Source: Minutocellus sp. GHC0000111
Lineage: Eukaryota
Length of the DNA stretch: 64,000 bases
Direction of reading: 5' to 3'
NCBI GenBank assembly: GCA_977018835.1
Contig: OZ361257.1
Span: forward strand, 1,054,001-1,118,000
This document shows positions 44,517-56,812 of this stretch, one piece after another. The notes beneath the pieces are model-generated. The model did not search any database. It was not told the DNA's origin and was given only the letters and a program-made list of their open reading frames with translations. How positions within the stretch are numbered: the stretch's first letter is position 1; every line of letters starts with the position of its first letter. The position numbers and the translations under genes are program-made.

Positions 44517-47500
44517 ATGAGGCTGTTGCCAAAGCTGCGGAACAAGAAGCAAAAGGCTTCTGCACCGCAGAGGGCCGCGCCCCAATCGGCATCAGCATCA
44601 GCCTCCGTTCCGATACCACCTCCACCATCCTCGGCCGCTGAAGAGCCATATTCCGAGTCCACCGAGAATCAGGCTCTGAGCACGTCGTATGACGACAAGG
44701 ATCTCCTCGATCGGACCGATGTGGAAGTTCTGGCCGCCGAGGATGAATTTTATGCCCAGCTCGATCGCAAAGGGGGCGGCGGCGGCAGTGGTGGTGGCAG
44801 CTTTCGGCACCACAACAACGGCAACAGCGGCTACAACTACAGCAACGAAGAGAAGAAGGACAATGGCAATGGCGGCGGCGATGGTGGTATGATGGCAACA
44901 ACGCCCGGTCGGGCTCCCACGACCCCGTCGTCCCGTCCGCCCTTCTCTCGAATAACGAGGGGCGTGTCGGATGCAGCCAACAGCGGCACGAGCGGTGGGG
45001 CCGGCAGCACCAACACCAACGAGAGGCAGAGGAGAATGTCCGAAGACGCGGCGGCCTTTCTGGCCGGGGAGAAATACACCTCTCAGATGGATCTGATCCT
45101 TAGCGTCGGGCGACGGGCCGGTAGCAAGTCCGGAGGTGGTCGAAATCGGTCCAGGACCAGCGATGCCAGTGGCGGCGGCGGAGGAGGAGGAGGATTTGGT
45201 GGCGTGGGACTTGGTGCCTCGGCGACGAGTTCCAGTCGGCCCACCCTCGGAGACCGCGAGGACGAAAAAGAACGGTCCAAGCGCTTTGCCGAGGAACGGA
45301 AGCTCAAGATGGAGTATCAGAGGGGTGACTCCGAGTTGGGCCATCCGGTGGTGGTACCGCCACAGCCGAGTGGGAGTGACGGTGATGGCATCCCACGGAA
45401 TATCAGCATTGCAAGTCAACCGTCCGCCGATGGCAGTGTTAGTACTACTGGATTGGATGGTCCCAGCGCTCCAACTCTGCTGATGCAAAATCCAGAGCAC
45501 ATGGCATCGCCATCACCAGCTCAGGCTCAGGCCCGGGCGGCGGCAGCGGCGGCGGCAGTGCCAGCAGTAGCTGGAGCCGCAAGGGCAGGGATGCTGGCTC
45601 GAGGACGATCGGCAGGAACAGCTGGAACGGCAAACAGTGCTGTGACGCCGGCAACGGCAGCTTCGGGTGGAAAAGTATCGGTCCGGACGGATGGGTCCTC
45701 GTCGGCCCTCTCGTCTCCGATAACGTCTGCAGCGGCTGCAGCAAAAGACGAAGGAGCCTTAGCAGCCGGTGTGATGGACTCGATCATGGCAGAGTCAGGG
45801 CCTACTAGTAGCCCACCAACGTCCATTGTACGGGTGCCCACCGAGTCGGTAGATATGGAGGATAATCACGATTCTTCCAGGGACATCGTTCCTGACCTTC
45901 CGTTTCAGCGGAATAGATCCTTTAGTCCATCCGCCGCCGTTAACGAGTTGTCGACTCGGTCTGCTCCTGCCTTTGTCAATGACAATACCACTCTTGCTCT
46001 GCGACGTGATACTTCTGTGGCTACTGCTGCGACTACCACGACCAGATCCGATGTGGAAGAGATTGATTATGAAGTCTTTGAGGACGTTACAAGCTCGACT
46101 AGGACTGATTCCGGAGCACTGTGCAAGGTGAGGCGGATCAATCTCCTCATCGACCAGGTCGAGTCGGCTCTATTTCCTTTCAAGAAGAAGCTTATTTTGG
46201 CCAACATGAATTTGACCGCGTCTGAGCTACCGATCGAGGATATCTGCACCCCAGAAATGTGCCACAACATGAACAAGCTGAGTCTGGCGGGCAACCGTCT
46301 CGGTCACGTTCCGGAAAGGATCGTCTTGGAATTGACGGGTCTACGTACCCTGGATCTCAGTCAGTGCGACTTGCGTAACTTGCCTTCGAATTGGAATCTT
46401 CCTCACCTGAAGCGATTGGATCTTAGTCACAATCGACTGGTTGATTTTCCTGACGAGTCCGTGTTGAAGGGGATGCCAGAACTGCAGCATCTGGACTTGT
46501 ACGGCAATAAGGTATCTGAAATCACACTGCCGGAGGATTGCAAGGTGTTGGTCAAATTGGATCATTTGAACATGGGCTACAACAACTTGCAGGCCCTGCC
46601 GGACGATATTACCGTCCTTACCAATCTCCGAACGCTCAAGATTATGAACAATATCATCGAGAAAATCCCCCAGGAAGTGTGCGACATGGATTTGCGTGTT
46701 ATCGACTGTTCTTCGAACCCTCTCATCCAACCGCCCGTGGAAACGTGCGAGCGCGGCATCCTCTCCATGCGTCGTTACTACCACTGCCTCAACCTCGAGG
46801 AGAAGTCAAGGCAACGAATGCTGGATGCCATCCATAAGAAGTCAGAAGCCAAGCGAGAGAGAAGAGATAGGTCCAAGTCCAAGGCAAGTCTAAAGAAGAA
46901 ACAGAAGGAATTCTGTTCCGTTTTGGGTCTTGGTAAAAAGGGCATTCGCTTCGAGGGCGATGAATCACAATCACACCACACTCGTTCAACAGAAATTTCG
47001 GCGACATCTCCCCCGGCATCTCTAACTGAAGAGAAGAGACAATTTAGTGCACCGTCCAAGACAACTGCTGGGATCGCTCGATCCGCACCTTCTCATGGAT
47101 ACCTCAGCCAGGGTACTCCTCTCAAGCCCTTATCAGAGGGCGGTCCTGCTCTCCGGTCGAAGACTGTTGGAGATATATCAAGTGACGGTGGTCTTTTGAC
47201 ACCTTCGAGTACAGCATCTGCTGACGATTCGCTGGAGAAGAGAATATACTCGGCAGGAGATGCAGCAAAGAGAAGGTATACGGAGTCCGAAATGATCGAT
47301 GGCAAGAACGACGATGTTACGGTGAAGCCAGGACAAGAACCATTCATGCCATTGGAGGGGACCGAGTCGCAAGATCTGGCCGAAGACCTGGCTTTGGCCG
47401 CCGAATTGGATAATATGCCATCTGATTCTATCAACGATACTCTCAAGGTAATTTTCGTGGGGATGGCCATGACGGGCAAAACAAGTATCATCAAGCGTCT

Positions 47501-50500
47501 CCTCGAAGGAAAGAATGCCGTGATTCCGAAGCGCGAAGAGCGCACTGTGGGTGTAGACATTTACAATTGGGAACCAAAGACGGATGGAAATTCCGACAGA
47601 GATCATATCGACACAAGCATCAAAATTGAGGACGACCTACTAGAGAGAACGAGTGGTGACGTTGATGTTAAGTTCTCCCTTTGGGGTAAGTGCTATTGCA
47701 ATTCATTTTGGCTTGATTTCGCCCTACTACTTCATTCATCGCTTGATGTCATTTGACTCACCCCAAATCGCACTTTTCTTTTCTCTGCTTTGTTTACAGA
47801 TTTTGCCGGCCAACATGTCTACCATGCAACGCACGAGCTCTTCTTTTCCCCGCGAGCTCTTTACATTCTCGTCTGGGATATGGGCATTACTAACAATGAA
47901 ACACATAAGCGCCGGCGTCATTCAGAGTTTAGCCAGGGAGCCTTCAAGCTTTCCTATGACTCCTCCGATGATGAGGAAGAAGAGGAAGACGACGAAGCCA
48001 AGCGAGCCGATAGGGCCCTCGAAAGAGACATTGACGAGAAGGTTCAATTTTGGGTTGACTGCATCCAAAGCAGTGCTCCTGGAGCAGCTATTCTGCCAGT
48101 GGCATCCTTTGATGACTACTTTGACGACGAAATTGGATGGGGTAAGGACGAAGCAAGGCGCCGATGCGCCGTGATGAGAGATCGCCTCATCAAGCACGAG
48201 GAGAAACGTGTCCAAGGTCTTCGAGATAGGCTCGAGGCGTACGAACGAGACCACCGTGCCAACTCCGAGGCCGCTCTTCGATTGCGAAAGCTTCTTTGTC
48301 CGTTCTGTCGCCCAAAGTTGGTCTTTGGTAGCGACGGTGGTGTTGTCCGTGTTAGTGGCGCCAAGTACACCGGTTTTGATCGTCTTAGCGAGAAGCTTGT
48401 TAATATTGCAACCGGTCGGGACCACGCCGGCTGGGACTACCCCATTTTCCGTGGCCATGTCGGAGCCAGAATCCCTCGCATGAGATTGGAGGTTCGTGAC
48501 ATTGTACGCGAAATGAGAGACAAGTTCAAGGTCGTCGAGTGGAACTACTTCATCCGAGTATTGAGAGAAAAGGGCCTACATAACGTCGAAGATGTAAGCG
48601 ATGCCCTGCACTTCCTGACAAATATTGGCGAGCTGAGCTACTTTGGAGATGTCATCAAGGACTTTGGCCCATCGAGAAGAGGAAGAGGCAGCGAGGGTGA
48701 CGACGTTGACGATGATGGAGTCCCCAAGTGTCCTGATCCAGAAGACGCGCTCCGACGGGACAAGAGCCGAGCCTTGAGTATTGACGAAGACTACGAAGAT
48801 GACGACGCCTTTGTCTACCCAATGGACAGACTTGCCAGCGATCAGGTCAACGAAGAGGAGGATCGCTCAGTCAGCGCGACGGCATCCATGTCGACCTCGT
48901 CGGTGGAGTCCTTGGCATCAGGTCTGTCCCAATTCATATTCTTGAATCCTCGTTGGCTTGTTGCCGCTGTAGCGTGTATCCTGAGGCATGATCTAAACAG
49001 GGAAATCAGCGAAACTAGACGAGTCTTCAATAAGAAGAAGCTGGTATCATGGGACAGCAACACGCTCAATGGCGAGGACTTCTCCGGTGCTGCTCATTTG
49101 AATTGTCCAGTTGTTACCGCTGAGGATGCCTGTCTCCTGTGGCAGGCCAAGAAAATTATCAATAAGGCCGCCGAGAGAGCATTGCAATACTCGAACAATA
49201 TGACCATGTCTCCGTTCGATTTCCTGCAACGTCTTCTCATCCGCTTCCGAGTCTTTGTTCCGATCGATCTGGACATCGAAAAGGCCGTTCTGGGAGGGAG
49301 AGAATTTGGTCCGCGAGGAGAAGCCATTGAGGTCGACGAGGGTTCGACTCACGAGCTGAATGCAATGACTGAGGACGATGCAAGATTTTTCTTCCTGCCC
49401 AGCTTGCTAGGTCCTGGCGAGCCCGGTGAAGTTTGGAGTTACAAGAATAGCGATAGCTGGAAGACCACCATCTGCCATTCCATCCTGTTCCCCGACGGCG
49501 TTCCCCCAGGATTGATGGAGCGCATCACTGCAACAGTGCTCAGTGATATATACGCGGCAACTCAGAACATGAAGCAAGGCCAGAGTGCCAACCGAAGCAA
49601 TCATGCTGAAGCCGCACAGCAAATCCCCCCTAACGCAAGAATTCTCCACGCTCATTCGCATACCCCCGCCTTTGATGTTGGCCAGCTTGTTGTCAAGGAA
49701 ATTCTCTGTTGGAGATCGTCATTTTATCTCAAACTTGGAATGGAAGTGACCGACCCCACTGACGGGCAACTGAAAGAAAGTGTTGTTGAAATCTTTTGCG
49801 CGCTACTGGACAAGGATTCTCATTTATGTGTTTCGTCGGACTATATGGGAGTTGGTATGAGACGTCTCGTCCTCAGCGGCAAGGGTCAAGTCGGTGAAGG
49901 CGGTCGAAAGATCTGGAAGGGAGGTTATACTCTTGTCATAAGGGCTATTGGTCGTGTGATGGAAGAATACGGCGGCCTTGAGTTCGAGAAACAAGGCATT
50001 TGTCCTGAATGTCTTGCAAAGCGGCCTGTTAGTCGGGCAAGTCTATGGGATTGGTCCTTGATCCGAAATGCTGCTCGCAATGGTGACGAAACAATGCGAT
50101 GCCAAATCGGCCACCGAGTCGATACCAGATTGATTACTGGTATGGCCACCTCCCAACCTCGCGCAAGGCAAATGGCACTGACAAGAGAAAAGTCTGACAA
50201 GCGCCTCGCCGACCACATCGTTCCGGTGACTGATTTGCTCCGAGGCGTTGTGGTGGTTGGCCTATGGGATGGAAAGACCGATACGATTTTGCGTGTTGGG
50301 TCTGGCTTTGTCGTTGATAAGAAGCGCGGTCTCATCGTTACTGCAAGCCATACTCTCATGAACATATGGGGCGATGCCAGCAGTCCATACGGAGAAAATT
50401 ACTACGGTCTGAGGAGAGGCAAGGTAGTTATCGGCGTCATCCCTCGGGAGCAAGGTTCTGACAGTATTGATTCTACTACGGCAGTCTTCCGATACTTTGC

Positions 50501-51065
50501 CACCATCGTGTCCAAAGATACGAACATTGATACCAACGGTGTTTGCCACATGGATGCTTGTGTCCTTCGCATCACGACCAGGTTGGAGCAAGACGTTGGC
50601 GGCAATGGTGGTGGATGCGCCGATCAACCAGAGATCCTACTAGTTGGGACCGAGGCCTTCAAGAAGGAAAGATTGCATCAGTTGAAGGTTTCCAATCGTC
50701 AGGCCGAGCTTGACGAGCAAGTTCGCATCCTGGGCTACAACCAAGGAGGAGAGGGTTTGGTCCGAAAGGGTATGAGTGTCAATCGCGTTGCCGATTTTGC
50801 CCGAGGATATGTGTGCAAGTTATTCAACGCTGACGTTGAGGAGGGCTACACCATGAGCCGCCGCTTCAAGCCCAAAGAGGAAATTGTGGTAATGTGTCCC
50901 ACCATTGGTGGACACTCGGGAGGACCCTGTGTGAACCAGTCGGGTGAAGTCATTGGCATACTAAGTCGAGCCGATCCGGGCGACACACAAAGGTGCTATT
51001 TGGTACCGGCCAAGGCATGGAAAGGCCTCGTCAAGCAGGCCAAGCATCAGACTCAGTATGCTTGA
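44517..51065 (+). CDS. Roco protein: disordered N-terminus, LRRs, Roc GTPase, COR and a C-terminal trypsin-like serine protease; 2 exons
   Basis: LRRs such as LRTLDLSQCDL and LKRLDLSHNRL. P-loop GMAMTGKTS and switch I RTVGVDI. Intron 47686-47799 restores WDFAGQ..YHATH..FFS. COR motifs LHFLTNIGEL and FLNPRWL. Protease triad VTASH, DACVL and GHSGGP. Confidence 0.92.
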
Positions 51066-51258
51066 GAATGGTGTGATTTATTGATTGATTGAACATGAAA
51101 GCATTGTACAATAGAGTATTATAACGCGTAACTTAATTTTGATTTGATTATTCTATTCATTCGATATTTATTTATTGCGTACCTAGGTACCCGCCCAAGG
51201 TTGAATTTAAAAAATAAAACCACAACTTGTGGTCCAGCAAATTTACGTGCTTCAATTA

Positions 51259-52020
51259 TTAGTTGGACTTCCAACCATGGTAGTATCGATCTACTTCGGA
51301 AAATTGGGAGAGCAGATCGGCATTGTATTCTGGATACAGACGAACCAAACGTTCAGCCCTCCTTTTTCTCATGTAAGAGCTGTAGGGTTTCAACCCCAGA
51401 TTCGTGAGCTGATGACGAGCAAACTGAGCCGCCAACAGCGCGAAGGACGCTTGACCAATGAGCGGTTCCATCCACTGCCAGCTCCAGCTTCCGACTTCCA
51501 AAAAAGTCTCCAGGTCCTTGGGCTCGGGGATATCTGCAGTGACAAATGCCTCATTGAATGCATTGACTGTGTCGAAATGAAAAACCATGGGGATGCTGAC
51601 TATGCCCGTCACACCGGCTCCAATAAAGCCTACATGATAGGGCAAGGAGTGAAGGAACATCCCCTCCCGATTGGCCTTGGCAATCTTATCGACAGTCACG
51701 GTGGCATCATCATACTCCACATTATCAACCGCCATGACATTTCGAATCAGCGCCTCCCGCCGCGCTCCACCGACTCCCTCCGCCGACAGCAGGGTGATTT
51801 GTTCATGTGGCATGGTCGAAAAACGAATGAAACTGTACAGCCTTTTAGCATAGACAAGGGATGGCTTTCCGTCGATGAAATCTAGATCGCCGTCGCCGTT
51901 GCTGTCAATGGTTATTTTGTTCTCGCTGGTTGGAATCGATGTGCTGAAGGAGGATACATGTGCGGATCCACCACGCCGAGCTATGAAAACTTTGGCAGCA
52001 CATTTTCCTGCCCCATGCAT
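51259..52020 (-). CDS. Conserved-looking hypothetical membrane protein, possibly mitochondrial
   Basis: Arg/Ser-rich presequence-like N-terminus from the ATG at 52020, two hydrophobic segments and a distinctive LETFLEVGSWSWQWMEP motif. Confidence 0.65.
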   Translation of the reverse strand: MHGAGKCAAKVFIARRGGSAHVSSFSTSIPTSENKITIDSNGDGDLDFIDGKPSLVYAKRLYSFIRFSTMPHEQITLLSAEGVGGARREALIRNVMAVDNVEYDDATVTVDKIAKANREGMFLHSLPYHVGFIGAGVTGIVSIPMVFHFDTVNAFNEAFVTADIPEPKDLETFLEVGSWSWQWMEPLIGQASFALLAAQFARHQLTNLGLKPYSSYMRKRRAERLVRLYPEYNADLLSQFSEVDRYYHGWKSN

Positions 52021-52539
52021 GGGACCATGCGAAGCAATTCTAGTGAAAAGGATTGACTGTCGAGGGAGGAAGAAACAGCAAAAAGAGGAGTGGGCTGCGT
52101 TGGTTGTTCGGTGCAATGAATCGGATCGAATTGAAATGTAGATTCGAATCATTTATTGAGATGAGCGGTCGGCCCGCCCAGCGAGAGGAACGCACAAGCA
52201 TCACCGCACCGGACCACGAAATAAACACCACCGCGCCCACACTACAGAGCAGAATCTTACCATGTTATCAGCAAAGTATTGTCTCCCTGGCTGAAAGCAG
52301 GTGCAGGAGAAGACTGGAGAGCAAAGAAGTGAGCGAACAGATGGCGTGCGCCATGGCGCGCGCTGGGGCAATGGCAACGTTGTGATGACGTCATCTTTTC
52401 ATCAGAGAAAAACATTATTTCGCCGGTTCTGAAGTTCGAAAATCAATCGTTCTCGATCTCAAGCGCACTGTAGCTAGCTAGTAGCTACGTAGCTAGGCAA
52501 TTGAATTGAGCCCTAGACGAAGCAAAGACTTGATCTACC

Positions 52540-53640
52540 ATGAAAAGCCTTCTCCTACTGCTTCCCCTGCTGCTTCTCGCGACATCTGCTGCCTCCGCCT
52601 CCGCCACCACCATCACCACCACCACCTGCGACGATCTTTGCAATGATTTCCTTGCAAATGATCTGTGTGATGAAAGCTGCAGAGGAGCCCTTTTGATGGA
52701 TCCCAGGCCCACGACGTACAACGCGTGCAAAAAGGGCCGCGAAAAGGGGTTCAAGGAGTCCTGCATCCCCACCTGTGCTTCCATCCTCGGAGAAGACGGA
52801 GGTGCCGTCGAATTAAAGTCCAAGTCCGAGCCCAATCCGAAGCCCAACTCCTTCGCAGCATGCGATGGCAGCAAAAACAAGAAGCGGCGTCCCAACAACC
52901 CCTTTGCTAGGTGCAGACGAGCGTATGAGGTTGCCTTCGAGGAGACCCAGAAGGGCATCGCTGAGAGGGCCAAGGCTGCATTGGCTGCTGCATCGGACGA
53001 GGTCAATACTGATGAGGTAGAGGCAGTGGTAGAGGCAGAGGAAGCCGAAGATAAAGTTGGCGCCACGCAGGAATCGCCCATCACCGAGGACGTGGAGCTT
53101 CGCGAGCTCGAGGAGCGAGAAGAAGAACGTCCAACTCCCTATCAGGTCCCACCCACCGATATCATCGTTGAAGAAGCGATTGAACCCAAGCCAAAAGACA
53201 GCGGTGCAAAAGAGGACGAGGATGTATTTATCGTCGAGTCTGCAACCAATATCTCCGAGGCAGTAGTGGAAGAGCCTATCAAACATAAAGCAGCAGCCAT
53301 TGTCGACGAGTCAAACGACACTGGGCCCATTGGGTCGGAAGCAATTCTCGACCAGCCTGACGCCCGAGCTAATGGTCCAACCGGCCCCACTGCAAACGAG
53401 GAACTTCCAAAGGAGGATATCGCCACCAACGACGATACCATCGTCGGCCCCACAGGAGATGAGAATACCCACCGCGACTACTCTCCTCCAGGGATGAATG
53501 GGCCCAAAGAGACCATTTCTGCAAGTCTCAGTAGCGACAATGACGACAACGATGATGGCATCGATGCCAACATCGATTCTACACCCCCCTCCAATCATGT
53601 GAGCGTCGACTTGGAGGCATCTCCCATTGTAGATCTGTAA
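52540..53640 (+). CDS. Secreted protein with a Cys-rich N-terminal domain and an acidic disordered tail
   Basis: Signal peptide MKSLLLLLPLLLLA, nine Cys within about the first 130 aa, and an E/D/P-rich remainder. Confidence 0.75.
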   Translation: MKSLLLLLPLLLLATSAASASATTITTTTCDDLCNDFLANDLCDESCRGALLMDPRPTTYNACKKGREKGFKESCIPTCASILGEDGGAVELKSKSEPNPKPNSFAACDGSKNKKRRPNNPFARCRRAYEVAFEETQKGIAERAKAALAAASDEVNTDEVEAVVEAEEAEDKVGATQESPITEDVELRELEEREEERPTPYQVPPTDIIVEEAIEPKPKDSGAKEDEDVFIVESATNISEAVVEEPIKHKAAAIVDESNDTGPIGSEAILDQPDARANGPTGPTANEELPKEDIATNDDTIVGPTGDENTHRDYSPPGMNGPKETISASLSSDNDDNDDGIDANIDSTPPSNHVSVDLEASPIVDL

Positions 53641-53694
53641 TCAATAAATCAAACGCTCTGCAGCCGACTTTATCCATATCCACCATTCTCTAAT

Positions 53695-54914
53695 CTAATC
53701 CAAATTAGGTGCACCACCGAAGAGCTTCTCGTTGAGCCCATCGGGTCCACCAGTACCAGCCTGAGGCATAGACATGGTACTTGTGTCCCTGCGAAATAAG
53801 CTCTCGTCAATGTCGTCACCGCTGCTGCTGCCAGTTCCCTCACTGAGCCGCGGCCATGGCTTCAAATTCTTCTTATCCCACAGGTTCAATCGATTCTTCT
53901 TCTTGACGAGCTTCACCAGCAAACGCTTGGCCTTGACCACGACCTTGACTTCGGCCACGTCTCCGTACATCCGCCGAATGTACAAATGATAGTGCTTGGG
54001 CTGCATCCCCGTCGCCTTATCCGATCGATCAATGGCAATGAGCAATCCTCTGGAATTGTCACCGATGAGAGTGGCGGTCACATTGGCCTTGCCAATGCCG
54101 GCACCCTCCCACTTGATATCGGGTGCAGACGACGGTTTGTTGGGAAGGGTATCGATCATGAGCTTGCCAACGTCGGAACAGCCCGATGCGACTGCTTCAT
54201 CGTCCCACATGTATCTAGCAATGGGAACCGAATTGGACGGCAGTGACGGCGGGCGTGATAGAACCGAGGGGGCATTGTTACCAGCGGTATCGTCATCGTT
54301 GTTGTTGTTGTTCGCTGGACTACTGCCTGTACCCTCCTCGTGGACGTCTTTCCTTTCGTCGCCGTTGCTCTTGGTAGCGCCGCTGTCATCCTCCACTCTC
54401 TTCCCGCCCTTGGCCAAAAGCTTTGGACCATTCATCACGTAATCTTCCATTTTAAGTCCATCTTTGTAGCCGCCCGTTCGATTGGGGTCGTTGTGAGCGC
54501 TGTGGTGTATTTATGTTTGAGGTATTGATTTGGTTAGGCAAGGCACAAACAAAAAAATACTGCCTACAAGTATTGTGCTTCAAATGAGCCCAACATCAGT
54601 AAAGAACTCACTAATAGTAGCTGCTACCAAAGGGCTTCTCGGCGTCATGGGCCTTCTTGCCCGCCCCGCCCTTCTTATCCTTGCCCCTGTGGAAGGTATC
54701 GAAGATGTCCGCTGGCGGACGACGACGACGAAGATGATTTTTCGGTACCGGCCTCATCATCAGTTGGAGGCCTCGAGCGAAGGTAGGCGTGCGAGATTGC
54801 CATGACGACCACCAAGACGGCTATTGCCGTCGGCGACACGTACGGTGCCACGTACTGCTTGTACAGGGACTGGGCCCCGTCAAGGAGCTGCAGGGGTAGG
54901 TCCGTCATCGTCAT
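53695..54914 (-). CDS. Membrane-anchored CS-domain (calcyclin-binding protein/p23-like) co-chaperone; 2 exons, 1 frameshift
   Basis: Exon 1 starts at ATG 54914 and has a TM helix. Intron 54500-54611 (GTGAGT...CAG) joins SSYY to YAHNDP...MEDY. CS-like motifs PIARYMWDDE and LLVKLVKK...W..L. A 1-nt shift at about 54712-54716 is needed in exon 1. Confidence 0.65.
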
Positions 54915-55122
54915 GGTTGCGAAGTTGCGAAATGGCACGATGGCACGATAGCGATGACGATCGAAATTCGTCTGTCCGTCCGTCCCCGAGGCCGTTGCAG
55001 TTTGAGCACAGCATTTTTTTCTGTCTTGGAAAGATAGGAAAGAGACATCCTCCTCCACCTGATGCCAGCTTCATTGCGGTCGTAGAAATATTACATTACA
55101 TAGGAAGAGAACGATTGTTACC

Positions 55123-56670
55123 ATGACCTCCTTCCCCATAGGCTCTCGCGTCGTCCTGCACGGCCTCAAGAAGGAGGACTTCAACGGCAAAAGAGGCGTC
55201 GTCCGCACAGCTCCCGACGGGGAACGGCAGCAAATTTTTGTCGACGGAAACTCGTACAATCTCAAGGTGTGCAATCTCAAATACGAGGAGAAGTCCTGCG
55301 CCTCTCTGTCGATCAAGGAGATGAAGACGATCCTCGCGGCCAAGGGAATGGAGGAGAGCGAGGTGACCGGCCTGTTAAAGTCAGAACTGATCAGCTGCGT
55401 GGAGGAAAAGTGTGGCGACGGGCAAGAGCGATCGAGGCTAATTGCCGAGGCCAATGCTGCTGCCGCCGAGGCGGAGGCGAAGGCGGCTGCCGCCAAAGGC
55501 AAAGCTTCGTCCGGCAAGAAGGGCAACAGCAACGCCAACGGTCTCAATGCCAACAACCTCCGCTCGCAGGCCGATCAGCTGTCCAACATGAGCCCGGAGC
55601 AGTTGCGGCAGCAGGCAAAGGCACTTCGGAGCATGCCACCGGCACAGATTCGCCGTATGAATCCCATGATGAAGAACTTTACCGACGCGCAAATCGCCCA
55701 GGCTGCTTCGCAAATGGAGATGATGGCGGCGAACCCGGCAATGTTCAAGCAGGCGGCGGAACAGATGAAGGGGATGAACCAAAACGACCTCGAAAAGATG
55801 GTCGCAGGCTACGGTGCCAATGGCGGTGCCGGCGGTGGTGCGGCCTTTCCCTCCTCGCAGTATGGCACTGTTCCCGGCACTGGTGGTGCCGGCGCCGGCT
55901 TTACACCCGAAATGATGCAGCAGGCGCAGCAGCAAATGTCGGACATGAGTCCCGAGCAACTTCGGGCTCAGGCCGACTTTATGAAGTCCAAAACGCCAGC
56001 CGAAATCCGCGCACTGAATCCAGCCATGGCGTCCATGTCCGATGCTCAGATTAAGCAAGCCACCTCCCAGCTGGAAACGATGGCGGCCAATCCTGAGCTT
56101 GCGAAGCAAGCCGCGGAACAAATGAAGGGAATGTCCGCTCAGGATATGGAGGAGCTGCGGAAATGCCAGGAGTCGCTATTTGGCAAGCCCGGAGAAGGTG
56201 GGGGGATGCCCACCGATCCCAGCCAGATGGACCTGACCAAGATGGACCCCAAGGAGCTCAAGAACATGCTGGGCATCCTGAAGAAGAATCCGGCGATGCT
56301 CAAAAGTATGATGGCGTCGCAGCCCGGCATGGCCGGGAAGGCCGACGGCATGAGCGACGAGCAGCTGTCCACGATGCTCGATGGGTTCGATGGAATGTCC
56401 GAGAATCAGATCGCCATGGCAATGAAGGCCATGTCGGGTTGGCAACGGGTCAATTCCGCCACTGGGGGATATCTGGGCAAGATCATTCTTTTCGTGGTTG
56501 TCTTGTATGTGTTCTTGATTCTGAGATTCGCCATGAGCTGGATGTTCGGTGGTGGATCTTCTGGTGCCACTGGCGGAGAGGACGTTGTCAACGATATGCT
56601 CAAGGAGGCAACCATGGACACTGCCACGGCAACCGTAGGCGAGTCCGATGAGTTTGGTGGAGAGCTTTAG
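55123..56670 (+). CDS. Tail-anchored STI1/DP-repeat co-chaperone-like protein (repeats resemble OEP61)
   Basis: Two MSPEQLR...MAANP...KQAAEQMKGM repeats, Met/Gln-rich composition, an N-terminal SH3-like and SAP-like segment, and a C-terminal TM helix. Confidence 0.7.
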   Translation: MTSFPIGSRVVLHGLKKEDFNGKRGVVRTAPDGERQQIFVDGNSYNLKVCNLKYEEKSCASLSIKEMKTILAAKGMEESEVTGLLKSELISCVEEKCGDGQERSRLIAEANAAAAEAEAKAAAAKGKASSGKKGNSNANGLNANNLRSQADQLSNMSPEQLRQQAKALRSMPPAQIRRMNPMMKNFTDAQIAQAASQMEMMAANPAMFKQAAEQMKGMNQNDLEKMVAGYGANGGAGGGAAFPSSQYGTVPGTGGAGAGFTPEMMQQAQQQMSDMSPEQLRAQADFMKSKTPAEIRALNPAMASMSDAQIKQATSQLETMAANPELAKQAAEQMKGMSAQDMEELRKCQESLFGKPGEGGGMPTDPSQMDLTKMDPKELKNMLGILKKNPAMLKSMMASQPGMAGKADGMSDEQLSTMLDGFDGMSENQIAMAMKAMSGWQRVNSATGGYLGKIILFVVVLYVFLILRFAMSWMFGGGSSGATGGEDVVNDMLKEATMDTATATVGESDEFGGEL

Positions 56671-56812
56671 GCACTTCTCCGACCAAACACAATTTTGTAG
56701 CGCAGGCAATTTCGAGGGATGTGGGATTATCATTCTAATTCATCTAAGTCTCTTGTTTTATCTCTATATATAGAAATCTAAACCTAGGAATCTGCGTACA
56801 ACATAAAAGTAT

